NCBI RefSeq assembly: GCF_006345805.1 | Contig: NC_043015.1 | Span: 24,738,001 to 24,802,000 of the forward strand | Length of the DNA: 64,000 nt | From: Octopus sinensis | Taxonomy: Eukaryota | Reading direction: 5' to 3' | Shown here: one piece after another, positions 1 through 12,289 of the stretch | Numbering within the stretch: the stretch's first letter is position 1 | How the letters are laid out: every line of letters starts with the position of its first letter | The notes under the pieces: model-generated | The model's database searches: none | What the model was told of the DNA's origin: nothing | Seen by the model: the letters and a program-made list of their open reading frames with translations, nothing else | Translations under genes and position numbers: made by a program

Positions 1-340
1 CATCACCATCATACAAGCAGCGTTTTTCATTTCTAATGTGCCATGTAAAATTTTCTGACACAGGAAAAATTTACCTTGTATGGAAATAGGCATATGATGT
101 TGAGAGGAGGGGCAGGAGCAAATCTGCATCAACTAATTCCATCTGACCCACGAAAGCATGGAAAGGTGGTCATTAAAAGGAAGATGACGATGATGATGAT
201 GATGACAATGACGATAATGGTGATGATGGTGGTGGTGATAATAATGATGATGATGACGACAACGACGGTGATAATTATGATAATGATGAGGGTGATGGTC
301 GGTGAGGGATGTTGATGAAGATATCAAAAACAACAACAGC
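1..340 (+). repeat. Degenerate SINE/RTE 3' tail ending in a (GAT)n microsatellite
   Basis: 'ccatctgacccacgaaagcatggaaaggtggtcattaaa' followed by (gat/ggt)n at 183-316. The same tail motif recurs at about 38760 and 60530. Confidence 0.6.
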
Positions 341-887
341 AAAATTAGACATTGTAAACGAAGAACAGGGACAGAATATACATCAATTCATCGTCTTTTT
401 ACAGCAAAATAATCTAATCAAGATATTGGAATAATTTAGTTATCTCATTGCTTTGCTTTACTTATTTCCATAAATTAGCTTAACAAATTAGCTAGCATTA
501 ATCCGATACCATTACTTAACATATCTGATTGAATTCTGGACTATCTTCACATATATGTATATATACATATATATATAAATGAACACATCTGTGTGTGCGT
601 GTGCGTGTTGGGGGTATCCTTATGTTCACTTTGAAAACTATAAAAATTATTTTGAAATATATCGTATTGTTTTTATTTACTTTATTATTATATTTGGTTT
701 CTTTAAATGTGATGTAAAATAATAATCAAAACATTCAAAATTATACATATATATATATATATATACACACATACACATATATATACACACACACGTATGG
801 ATGTATATATATATCACTCTTAGAAAAACATCAATCTAGAGAAGTACACTCTAAGAAGTAGACCAGTTTATATTTTTTCCTGGTAAA

Positions 888-1096
888 TTAGTGAGCTGGT
901 AGATATGTTAGCATGCTGAGTGAAATGCTTAGCAGTATTTCATCTGTCTTTATGCCCAGAGTTCAAATTACCCCGGTGTTGATTTGCCTTTCATCCTTTC
1001 GGGGTCGAGAAATTAAGTGCCAGATACATACAGGGGTCGAGCTAATCGTCTGGCCCCTCCCCCAAAATTCCAGGCCTTGTGATTAGAGTAAAAGAG
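888..1096 (+). mobile_element. tRNA-derived SINE, family A, with probable 19-bp target-site duplication
   Basis: A-box-like 'gagctggtaga', B-box-like 'gagttcaaatt', core 'gcctttcatcctttcggggtcga'. Flanked by tatattttttcctggtaaa (869-887) and tatattttttcttggtgaa (1097-1115). Confidence 0.8.
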
Positions 1097-1338
1097 TATA
1101 TTTTTTCTTGGTGAAGGCTGGTTTATGGGGTTACTCTGAGTGTCCTGTCATAAAGGGATAATTTTATGGCGTATCATCAGACCCCAATACCTTTTGGCCT
1201 AAGACCTCTTTAAAATATCTTAAAGAGCTCTTAGGCCAACAGGTCTTGGGATCTGATGATATGCCATAAAATTAAACCCTTTATGGACAGGACACCCAGG
1301 GTAACCTCATAAACTGGGTTTTATCAGGAAAAAGATAT
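1097..1338. repeat. ~240-bp fold-back (palindromic) element with hammerhead-like CTGATGA in each arm
   Basis: Arm 1101-1213 aligns to the reverse complement of 1220-1334 around a ~6-nt loop. CTGATGA at 1253-1259 (+) and 1174-1180 (-). Confidence 0.85.
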
Positions 1339-1344
1339 ATACAT

Positions 1345-2752
1345 ATTGTATTGTAAATCAGGTAATTCACAAAGGAATCATACCCAGTGATTGGTGTAGC
1401 AGAAACATAGTCAACTGTTATAAAGGTAAAGGTGATGCTTTAGATAGAAATAAATACAGGTTATCAAATTGCTGGATCAGATGATGACAGTCACGTAGAC
1501 AGTCATAGCCCAACTTATTAGGGAGTGAGTTAGCCTAGATGAGATGCAGTTTGGTTTTGTGCCAGGTAGAAGAACCACAGATGGTATATTTCTGGTAAGG
1601 AAACTGCAGGAGAAATACCTAGCCAAAGATAAACCTCTGTACTTGGCCTTTGTTGACTTGGAGAAAGCCTTTGACAGAGTCCTCCGATCCCTTATCTGGT
1701 GGTTAATGTGGAAACTGGGGATAGACAAGTGGCTGGTAAGATTTGTACAAGCCCTGAACAGGGATGCTGTCAGTAAAGTGAGGGTTAGCAATGAGTATAG
1801 TGAGGAATTTCGGGTAGAAGTAGGGGTTCGCCAAGGATCAGTCCTCAGTCCCCTCTTATTCATCATAGTACTCAAGGTAATAACAGAAGAATTCAAGACA
1901 GCTTGCCCTTGGCAGCTCCACTATGCTGATTACCTTGCTCTAATAGCTGAATCACTACAAGAACTAGACACAAAGTTTTAGGTGTGGAAGCAAAGTCTAG
2001 AATCAAGGGCCTTAGAGTCAATCTAGCAAAAACCTAGTAAGTAGGAAGGCAGACAAATCATAAACCCTTCAGGTAGATGGCCCTACTCGATCTGTAGAAA
2101 AGGCATAGGTAGAAACTCCATAATATGTAACTGGTGTAAGCTTTGGACACATAAGAGGTGCAGCAATATCAAAGGAAGGTTAATTGGAAAGATAGTTTTT
2201 GTGTGTGGCAGATACACAGGATGCAATAAGCACCGAAAATGTACAGAAAACAGCTGTATGAAGTGTCACACCCTAACAGTAGAAGGAACCTGTGGCAGAG
2301 GTAAAATTAGGAAGACATGGGATGAGGTAGTGAAGTACGACCTTCAAAGGTTGGGCCTTACAGAGGTAATGACAAGAGACCAAGACCTTTGGAGATATGC
2401 TGTGATTGAGAAGACTCAGCAAGTAAAGTGAGATTGCAGTTGTGACTAATACCTGTGTTGCAAAACCAGCCTATTTAAAAGTACCCTGAAATCACCGAGC
2501 AACACGCTGTGCTTCAGAACATCTGTTGAGTAGAGGGAAATCAGAACTGAAATCGTAGTCATGGCCAATGCCAGTGCCGCCTGACTGGCAACCATACTGG
2601 TGACATGTAATAAGCACCATTCAAGCATGGGTCGATGTCAGTGCCATGTGACTGGCTCCCAGTGCCAGTGACATGTAAAAAGTACCTTCTGAACATGGTC
2701 AAAGCCAGTGCCACCCGACTGGGTCCTGTGCCACTGGCATGTAAAAATCACC

Positions 2753-2755
<3 letters not shown>
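1345..2755 (+). mobile_element. RTE-clade LINE fragment (RT, PHD remnant, C-terminus, 3' UTR), internally deleted
   Basis: ORF 1544-1981 has QFGF, AFVDLEKAFDRV, GVRQGSVLSPLLF and YADY. Colinear with the 22423-24264 copy but skips ~440 bp near 2253. Contains stops and frameshifts. Confidence 0.92.
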
Positions 2756-2830
<75 letters not shown>

Positions 2831-3404
2831 CACATACACACACATACCCACATATTCATGAATATTTGTTTGTGTGTCTGTGTCTCTGTGTGTACATGTG
2901 GGATTTTATTTTCTATTTCTTCTCAAAGTCTTTCTTTCTCTTACGTCATAATCATAGCTTTTCACAGCTCAAACCTAATCATATCCCTTTCACACTAATT
3001 CTAATCTCTTGATAAAAACATTAAATATGAAATCTAGGATTAATATTGCTACAGGAGATTAAAGGTAAACAACATTAGTTTCTTATAATTATATGAATGC
3101 TGCATCGTTTTTTTTCTTCCTACAGCCCCTACACTTTTAATTGCTATGAACTGTTACCTATATCATTTCCCTTTAATTTACAATCACCATTTTTATCAAA
3201 GCAACCTCAAAGTTAGGCTATAACATATATTAGTTTTATATTATATTATATCACATAATAATACGTTCATTGCGATACCTGGGGTCAGTAGCCAGAGTTT
3301 CCCACGTGCTCATTATATAATATACTGCATAAATTAATCTTTTTTTTTATTATTATTTTTAGAAGCATCTATAAGGAAATTCTTGAGATTATTTTTATAA
3401 TATA

Positions 3405-3625
3405 ATGGTTTCAAATTTAGGCACAACGCCACAAATCTTTGGTGGTTTGGGGGCTAAGTTCATTACATCAACCCAGTATCCAACTGGTACTTATTTTATC
3501 AACTCCAAATGGATGAAAAGTAAGGGTGACCTCGGTGGAATTTGAACTCAGAATGTGAAGCAGGTGAAATGCCACTAAGCATTTTGGCTAGTGTGCTAAG
3601 TATCCCGCCAGCTTGACACCTTACT
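3405..3625 (-). mobile_element. SINE family A copy
   Basis: Reverse complement of the 888 family: 'ctggtacttattttatc...ggatgaaaag...tttgaactc'. Confidence 0.75.
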
Positions 3626-4254
3626 TTTATCACATATTGATAGATGCTACAAATATTCCTTAGCTGACTTCAAATCCCAAATTTATTTCTGTTCAGTGGA
3701 TTATTTGGCATTCAATCTGGATCTCCATGCCAAAACTATTGAAGAATTTTCAGCCACTTTGGGTTTACCTTCCTTTATATATTATCTATTCAGTATCCAG
3801 ATTCATCTGTCTCCTGTGTTTTCACATTTTTGTAACATGCGTGATTTGTGCAAAGATTTTGCTGCTACTTCTAACAAGTCTGCTGATCACAGTGAGGATC
3901 CCTCATTGGCTTGAGATATATCTGACAACTATTGGCGTTGCTTCACAACAATATCACAAATTTTTCTATATATTATATCTCTTATCATCTTTTTGATAAT
4001 ATATTAAATGATATGCCAACTATTGTATCTGTTCACATCTTATTTTACTTCACTTTAAACCTGCATGCTATGTTATATTTTATAGTATAATATTATTGTC
4101 TATTATATTATATTTTCATATATCGTATTATCTATAGATATCTATAGGACTACAATATCCATTAAAATTATTGGTTATCATATGAGACAGATTTGACTGC
4201 TATTTCAGGCAAAGGCAATGACACTGTCGAGATTCTCAACTGACAGAATATTTT

Positions 4255-4455
4255 TATCATCATCATCATCATCAATTTTCCATGCTGGAATGGGTTTGAC
4301 GGTTTGACTGAGGACTGGGAAAGCCAGGAGGCCTTACCAGACTCAATCTGATCTGGCAAGGGTTCTATAGCTGGATGCCCTTCCTAATGCCAACCAAGAG
4401 TGTAGTGGGTGCTTTTTACATGCCACCAGCATGGGAGTCAGTCAGGTAGCACTGG
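4255..4455 (-). mobile_element. RTE 3' terminal fragment with (GAT)n tail
   Basis: Matches 21681-21900 ('ttccatgctgg..tgggt..gacggtt...agctggatgcccttcctaatgccaacca'). Confidence 0.8.
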
Positions 4456-5257
4456 CTTCTGGATAAAATGAATTGGAGAAGATAAGATTTATATTTTAGA
4501 ATAGTTAGTTTGAATTTCAATGTCTTGTGCATTACTAAACCAGTTGATGCTGTTTCATTTCCTACATATTTGTCTCTTGCACTCCAGAGCCAGTGAAGGA
4601 GCCTCGATGTAACCATTAGACATGTTAGAAGTAGCAGTAAAATCTTTCCCCAAATCATACCCATTTAAAAGAAATGGGCAAACACTAGGGACAAATGAAT
4701 GTGAATATTGGTTAGATAATGTACTAAAGAAGACAGGGAAATGACTGGGAATTCTTCAATGATTGTTCTACTCGGTTGATGTTCAACATCTCTACTTTCA
4801 TTATAAATCCTACAGTTTGTGTTTAACACATTTCAAGTTGTGAAATATGTTAAATATTTCACTAAAGACTAGCCATAAATTGTGTTGAAGCAGACTGAAA
4901 GAGATTGTTATCTTGTTCAATATCAAAGTTTTTGAAGAAACAACAAAACCAGCCATCATTGTTCACTTGTCAACCAAACACTTTGTTGCTGCTGTTGTTG
5001 TTACTGTTCATCTCATTCTATCAGACTGTTTTGTCTCTGACTTGCTTTCCTTACCCCTCATCCTACCTTCTCTCCCCCTCTCATTCTCTCTCTCTCTCTC
5101 TCTTTCTCTCTCACACACACACACAATCACACTCCTTATATCTTTCATTTTCTTTTTAAGTGTTTTCATTTCTTCTTATACATATGTGACTGAAAATATA
5201 TAGTTTATTTCACTATGGTTTCTGCCAACTCACAAACTGTATACAACTACTATCACC

Positions 5258-5397
<140 letters not shown>

Positions 5398-5400
<3 letters not shown>

Positions 5401-5751
5401 CAGTGCCCAGCTGACAACAAGGTTTGTGAAAAGGAAGAAAGAAAAGTTGATAGATATGACATGTTAGCTTGGGAGGTTAAGCAGCTGTGGTTGCCGAAAA
5501 AGGTGGTAGTAGTACCAATAATTGTCAGAGCCCTGGGAACAGTGAGTAAAAGTCTTGAGAAGTTCATGGAGCAAATAGGGGCTGCAATAAGGGTAGAGCA
5601 CTTGCAGAAAACAGCACAGCTTGGAACTGCTCGAATACTCCGGAAGGTGCTTAAAAAATAATGGGTGTTACATTAGTTCGCTGGTAGTGAACAGCTGACA
5701 CCGTAGTACATCTCCAATGTTAGAAGCTGTTCAAAGACAATAAAGTAATAA
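5398..5751 (+). mobile_element. R4/Dong-type non-LTR retrotransposon 3' fragment (restriction-like endonuclease C-terminus)
   Basis: Translates as ...EKEERKVDRYDMLAWEVKQLW..VVVVPIIVRALGTV...LQKTAQLGTARILRKVL*, homologous to the C-terminus of ORF 26443-27477. Abuts (AAT)n/(AGT)n. Confidence 0.85.
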
Positions 5752-5759
5752 CTTGGCGC

Positions 5760-6530
5760 AAAGCAAGCAGTTTCAGAGAGTGAGGTAAGTTGATTTCATT
5801 GATCCCCAATATGTAACTGGTACTTATTTTATTGACCCCTGAGAGGATGAAAGGCAAAGTTGACCTCGGTGGAATATAAACTTGGAATGTGAAAACAAAC
5901 AAAATGCTGCTATTCATTTTACTCTGGGGGTGCTCAGGTGAACTGGCAGAATTGTTAGCATGCCAGACAAAATGCTTATTGGCATTTCATGTCTCTACAT
6001 TATGGGTTCAAATTCTGCTACGGTTACCTTTGCCTTTCATCCCTTCAGAGTTGAGAACATAAGTACCTGTAAAGTACTGAGTTTGATGCCATCAAATAGC
6101 TCCCTCCCACTAAATTCAAAATATCATTATTATTATTAATGATAGAATCAAATTTTGGCACAAGGCCAAGAATCAACCTCAATTCTTGACAAGTATTTCA
6201 TTTTTTCAAACTCCCAGAAAGAATGAAAGACAAAGTGAACCCTGACAGAATTTGAATTCAGACCTAGAAGTAATGATGTTTGATTCACTAACAATTCTAC
6301 CTTCTCCATAATAATCATAATAATAATCCTTTCTATTAAAGGCACAAGGCCTGAAATTTTGTAGGGAGGGGACTAGTCAATTACACCAACCCCAGTGTTT
6401 CACTGGTACCTAATTTATCGAACTCCGAAAGCCGACCTCAGTGGAATTTGAACTCAACACAAAGACACACGAAATTCTGCTAAGTACTTTGTCCAGCATG
6501 TTAACAATTCTGCCAGCTTGCTGCCTTACT
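5760..6530. mobile_element. Cluster of four SINE family A copies (about 5760-5920 -, 5935-6115 +, 6150-6300 -, 6325-6530 -)
   Basis: Repeated 'gcctttcatcc' / 'ggatgaaaggcaaagttgacctcgg' cores and gttcaaatt B-box-like motifs. Confidence 0.75.
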
Positions 6531-6541
6531 ACTACAACTAT

Positions 6542-6573
<32 letters not shown>

Positions 6574-6576
6574 ATA

Positions 6577-6616
<40 letters not shown>

Positions 6617-6617
6617 T

Positions 6618-8097
6618 CTTGGATTGTTGAATGCCTGCAGGTGTTTTGTTTTACTGACAACATCACAGATTTTCTAATGCATAGCATGAAAGAATGGAAA
6701 ACCAAATTGTACTCAAGTAATGTGTTCCTTGGAGAAGTTAATATTAAAAGGGGAATCTTGTAAGGTGACTCGTTTTCACCGTTATGATTTGTAATTGCAC
6801 TAATACCCATAACAATGACACTCAGGAAAGTTAAGATGGGCTACCGATGTGGGAAGAAAGGCCCATCATTGAACCATTTTCTGTTTATGGATGACATGAA
6901 ATTGTTTGGGAAATCTGAAAAACAGATAGATTCCTTAATCAAAATAGTCTAGAAGTGTGGTAGGAACATCAGTATGGAATTTGAGATTACCAAATGCTCA
7001 GTACTTAATATGAAAACAGAGAAGAAAGCAGCCTGCAGAGCATTGCGGTTACCATCAGGAGAGACCATGGGCGAACTCAACGGGAGTGGGTATAGATATT
7101 TAGGGATTTTGGAACTAGATGACATTCTACACAGAGAAATGAAAATCAAGGTTAGTGAGGAGTATCAAAGAAGGTGAAGATGGTGTTGAAATCCAACCTG
7201 AATGCCATAAATTTGATTACCACAATGAATATCTGGGCAGTTGTGGTGGTCAGAAATAGAACGTCCATCCTCAAATGGACTAAGGAGGAAATATTAACAT
7301 AAACAGACTGTATATGAAAAGAAAGAATGGTGGCAGAGGACTAATTCGTATAGATCATTGTATAAGGAGTGAAAGGAAAACGCTTGCTGAGTATTTGATA
7401 AATAGTGATGAAGACCTGCTGCAATATGCCACAAAAGACATGGGTGTAAATGCAGATGAAATGATGAGCAAGGAAGTGTTTAACGAAAGAGCTGAGGAAA
7501 AGAGGAAAGAAGACCTTCTTGAAATGAGAAAGCATGGACAGTTTGAAAGGAATACACAAGACGTTAAGGATAATACAGCATCGTGGATATGGCTTGAGTT
7601 AGGTGATTTGAAGCATACCACCAAAAGCCTGATCATTGCTGCTACCATTTTAGTGAAGTATAACATCTATAAAACACACACATTATTGTAGTGATGAAAA
7701 GGAAGAAGGAAACCAAGATCTTAGATGTTGCCATTCCAGTGAATGGATGAGTGGATGAGAAAAAGCAGAAAACGTTTAATAAGTACAATCTACAAAAAGA
7801 TGAAATTGCAGAGATGTGGGCAATGAAGTGTGTAACTGTCATACCAGTAGTTGAAGGGGCAGTGAAGGCATTAACAAACAGGTTTGAGAAATTTTTTGCA
7901 GGAACTGGGATTGACATGAGGGTTGAACCTGTTCAAAGAACCGCACTATTGGGGACAGCGAAGAATTGGGGAATGGTACTTGGGTATTAAGTATCAGGGA
8001 AAGAGACTCTGTGAGCCCTTTAACAACAGGCTGCTGTCTACTCTTATAGAATTAACTGGAGAAGGTCAAATTGAGAGCTCTGTGAAGTGAAATGGAA
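6618..8097 (+). mobile_element. R4/Dong-type LINE, degenerate (RT to RLE C-terminus)
   Basis: Fragments IKRGIL*GDSFSPL, NHFLFMDDMKLF, YRYLGILE, LYMKRKNGGRGL, HGQFER and VQRTALLGTA. Bounded by (AAT)n at 6575-6616 and 8097-8125. Confidence 0.9.
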
Positions 8098-8125
8098 ATA
8101 ATAATAATAATAATAATAATAATAA

Positions 8126-8850
8126 TCAAGAAAGGTCTGAAAAAGGAAACAGAAGGTTTTGTTATTGCAGTGCAAGATCAGAGTGTACCTACCAGAAACT
8201 ATTGTGCAAATGTCCTTAAATACAGATCTGACCCCTCATGCAGAATTTGCGGAAAATTCACAGAGACAATTGATCGAGTTATTTCTGGCTGCCAAGTCCT
8301 TCCTGAAAAGGAGTAACCTCATAAGACATGACAGACCAAGGCAGTACATCCACTGAAATGCTCGTAAATACTACAAAATTAAATCCCATGATAAATGGTA
8401 CAGACACCATCTAGAGGATGTAGTAAATGGCGAGGGCGTCACCATCCTTTGGAAGTTCCCCATACAAACAGAGGAACTTGTCTGTTTTATAGATATGTCT
8501 GTCCCACAAGATCAAAATGCTTCAAGAAAAGAATACGAGAAACTTTTTCACTATAAAGATCTGTAAATTGAAATCCCAAAAATGGGGAAGCTTAGTACTA
8601 CGATAATACTATTAGTGATTGGTTTGTTGGGAATGATAAAGAAGGGAGCTGAGAAGTATATTAAGCAACTCCCTAGTAACTCCAATCTCTGTGAACTACA
8701 AAAGATAACCTTGATGGGTACAGCCCATATACTAAGGAAAGCACTCTCCATCTAAAATGAAATAAGTGTGGTGATAATTTTAGCAAGACAGAAATGCCCC
8801 TGCTATTCTTGGCATTAGGAGGAGCTTGGTACTAAGGCAGCTGAAATAAA
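8126..8850 (+). mobile_element. R4/Dong-type LINE 3' fragment (second family)
   Basis: GLKKETEGFVIAVQDQ, CCHC-like CRICGKFTETIDRVISGC, RHD, IDMSVP, LQKITLMGTAHILRKALSI*. Flanked by (AAT)n. Confidence 0.9.
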
Positions 8851-8909
8851 ATTATAATGAAAAGAAACCATAAATAATAATAACAATAATAATAATAATA
8901 ATAATAATA

Positions 8910-8941
<32 letters not shown>

Positions 8942-8961
8942 CCCTATTATTATTATCATTA

Positions 8962-9095
8962 TTATTGTTGTTGTTGGATCCTTGGGAACAGTATCAGAGG
9001 GCATCCAGAGGAATATAAAGCAAATGGGAATAGAGTACCCAGGAGAACTATTACAAAAGGATTGCCTCTTTGGTTTAGCCAGAGATAAAAAGAGT
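8962..9095 (+). mobile_element. Short R4/Dong-type C-terminal fragment
   Basis: VVGSLGTVSEGIQRNIKQMGI..ELLQKDCLFGLAR parallels the VIGALG..QK..L.GTA.ILR C-terminus. Follows (AAT)/(ATT)n. Confidence 0.65.
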
Positions 9096-9316
9096 GGCAA
9101 CAATAAATTCAGTGAAAGAGCAAATACAGAATCTGTAGATAAGGGGTCAAGAGCATTAATAATTTCTTAAGTGAATATACTGCATGTTTGCACAAAAAAC
9201 ATTAACACAGATATCAGTGTCTGTTAGCAATAGATGGCATTGAGATGTTAACCCCTCAGTTAAGGTGATTATGTGTGTGTGTATGATGATGATTATGATA
9301 TATATATATATATATT

Positions 9317-11240
9317 GCCGGTGGCACACAAGAATCCATCCGATAGTGGCCGTAGTCAGTACCGCATCACTGGCCATCGTGCTGTGGGCACATAACAAAC
9401 ACCATCCGGTCGTGGCCGTTCTCCAGCCTCATCTAGCACCTGTGTCGGTGGCACATAAAAACACCTTCCGAAGACCCGGCAAGACTAGTCACGCCATAAA
9501 CCATGGCCCCTACCTGGGACGTAGTCAGTCCACCTGTGCATACCTTCCTCCTTGTGATACTTGTGAAGGCCTGTTGAGGCAAGTGAAAATCAAAGGCCTG
9601 TTGAGGCAAGTGAAAATCAAAATCAAAATCAAATCAAAACAAATCAAAATAGATGAACATCAATGGAATTTGTATCTTTGTGGTACCAGTGCCGGTGGCA
9701 CACAAGAGAAAACCATCCGAAAGTGGCCGTAGCCAGTACCGCATCGACTGGCCTCCGTTCTGTGGGCACATGACAAACACCATCCGATCGTGGCCGTTCG
9801 CCAGCCTCATCTAGCACCTGTGTCGGTGGCACATAAAAACACCATCCGAAGACCCGCAAGACTAGTCAGGCCATAACCCATGGCCCCTACCTGGGACGTA
9901 GTCAGTCCACCTGTGCATACCTTCCTTCTTGTGACACTTGTGAAGACCTGTTGAGGCAAGTGAAAATCAAATCAAAACAAATCAAAATAGATGAACATCA
10001 ATGGAATCTGTATCTTTGTGGTACCAGTGCCGGTGGCACACACTTTGTGGTACCAGTGCCGGTGGCACACATGAGAACCATCCGAACGTGGCCGTAGCCA
10101 GTTCCGCATCGACCGGCCTCCGTGCTGTGGGCACGTAACAAACACCATCCGATCATGGCCGTTCGCCAGCCTCATCTGGCACCTGTGTCGGTGGCACATA
10201 AAAACACCTTCCGAAGACCCGGCAAGACTAGTCAGTCCACCTGTGCATACCTTCCTTCCTTCTTGTGACACTTGTGAAGACCGTTGAGGCAAGTGAAAAT
10301 CAAATCAAAATAGACAAAATAGATGAACATCAATGGAATTTGTATCTTGTGGTACCAGTGCCTGTGGCACACAAGAAATCCATCAGTGCCGTAGTCAGTG
10401 CGGTGGGCACATGACAAACACCATCCGATCGTGGCCGTTCGCCAGCCTCATCTAGCACCTGGGTCGGTGGCACATAAAAACACCATCCGAAGACCCGGCA
10501 AGACTAGTCAGGCCATAACCCATGGCCCCTACCTGGGACGTAGTCAGTCCACCTGTGCATACCTTCCTTCTTGTGACACTTGTGAAGACCTGTTGAGGCA
10601 AGTGAAAATCAAATCAAAACAAATCAAAATATAGAACATCAATGGAATTTGTATCTTTGTGGTACCAGTGCCGGTGGCACGTGGGACATAAGAAAACCAT
10701 CCGAACGTGGCCGTAGCCAGTACCCCGCATCGACTGGCCTCCGTGCTGTGGGCACGTAACAAGCACCATCCGATCGTGGCCGTTTGCCAGCCTCATCTGG
10801 CACCTGTGTCGGTGGCACATAAAAAACACCATCCGAGCGTGGCCGTCTGCCAGCCTCGTCTGGCACCTGTGTCGGTGGCACATAAAAACACCATCCGAGC
10901 GTGGCCGTCTGCCAGCCTCGTCTGGCACCTGTGTCGATGGCACATAAAAAACACCATCCGAGCGTGGCCGTCTGCCAGCCTCGTCTGGCACCTGTGTCGG
11001 TGGCACATAAAAAACACCCTCCGAGCGTGGCCGTTTGTCAGCCTCGTCTGGCACCTGTGTCGGTGGCACATAAAATCACCCACTACACTCTCGGAGTGGT
11101 TGGCGTTAGGAAGGGCATCCAGCTGTAGAAACACTGCCAGATCTGACTGGACTGGTGCAGCTTTCGGGCTCCCCAGACCCCAGTTGAACCGTCCAACCCA
11201 TGCTAGCATGGAAAGCGGACGTTAAATGATGATGATGATG
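9317..11240 (+). repeat. Tandem array of RTE 3'-UTR-derived units ending in an RTE 3' terminus
   Basis: Units start at about 9317, 9691, 10029, 10360 and 10670 (310-375 bp). Five ~62-bp repeats follow (10766-11075), then the RTE tail and (GAT)n at 11227-11241. Confidence 0.88.
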
Positions 11241-11274
11241 ATATATATATATATAAATATATACATATATATAT

Positions 11275-11309
<35 letters not shown>

Positions 11310-11407
11310 ACGGGAAGCTTTATGAAAATAAACAAAAGACAAAGGCAGGTGGAAAACAAACGAACAATTGTATTAGTATGGCGCTCAGGAAATATAAATA
11401 AAACAAG

Positions 11408-11445
11408 TCTTTAACGTTTCGAGCCTACGCTCTTCAACAGAAAGA
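11408..11445 (-). ncRNA. Minimal type I hammerhead-like motif in 3' pLTR (CUGUUGA variant core)
   Basis: Minus strand reads ucuuu-CUGUUGA-a-gagc-guag-gcuc-GAAA-cg-UU-aaaga. Stem I ucuuu/aaaga, stem II gagc/gcuc, palindromic AACGUU stem III. Confidence 0.7.
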
Positions 11446-12289
11446 TACAGAGAGAGAGAAAAACACAGAAAGAAGGAGAGAAAAAAATGCGTGCAGTAGC
11501 TAACGAATCAACATGGCGATCTGATTTCGGCCAGAGGTCAAAGATCAAACATGAGACGCGAGAGCGAAATAAGGGGAGATAATAGGTTGATAAAGGGTTG
11601 AGGGACCAGCTAAAAGTGCGTGGGAGGGGTCTGGATGTGTGTATGTATAGGGTTGGTGTATGTATTAGTATGTATAAGGGTGGTGTGTGTGTGTGTGTGT
11701 GTGTATGAGAGAGTATTAGTGCGTAAGATTGGTCTGGACGTGCGTATGTATGGGGTTGGTGTATGTATTAGTATGTATTAGTATGTATTAGTACGTATTG
11801 GTATGTATAGGTATGTGTGTGTGTGTAGAGAGAGTATAAGTGCGTATGCGGGGTCTGGACGTGTGTATGTATAGGGTTGGTGTAAGTATTAGTATGTACT
11901 AGTATGTATTAGTACGTATTAGTATGTATTAGTTGGTGTGCGTATTAGTATGGCACATCATATGTGATGTGATGTGTAAAGTCATGTGGTGTAGTGAGGA
12001 GAAGAGGGGAAGGGGGAGAAGAGGGGGGAGAGAAGGGGGGAAAGAAAGGGGGGAGAGAAGGGGAGGGGAAGAAGAGGGAAGGAGAAGGGGAAAGGAGAGG
12101 GATGGGGGAGAAGGAAGGGGAGGAGGGGGATAAAGGAGGAAAGAGGGAGTGAGGGAGCAGAGGGAAGGGGAAGAGGGAGGGAGAAAGAGGGAAGAAGGGA
12201 AGGGGAGTAGGGGTGAAAGGATGAAGGACTGAAGAAGTAGGCGTCGGGGGGAGAAAGGATAGGTGAGGAGGGGGGAGAGGGGGTTAGAT

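Noticed and set aside
9945-9970. 'cctgttgaggcaagtgaaaatc' as a hammerhead in RTE repeat units
   Set aside because: It has CUGUUGA and GAAA but no credible stem I, II or III.
10766-11075. Regularly spaced ~62-bp repeats as a CRISPR array or repeat protein
   Set aside because: No unique spacers. Units are homologous to RTE 3' UTR subrepeats, and the overlapping ORFs on both strands are by-products.
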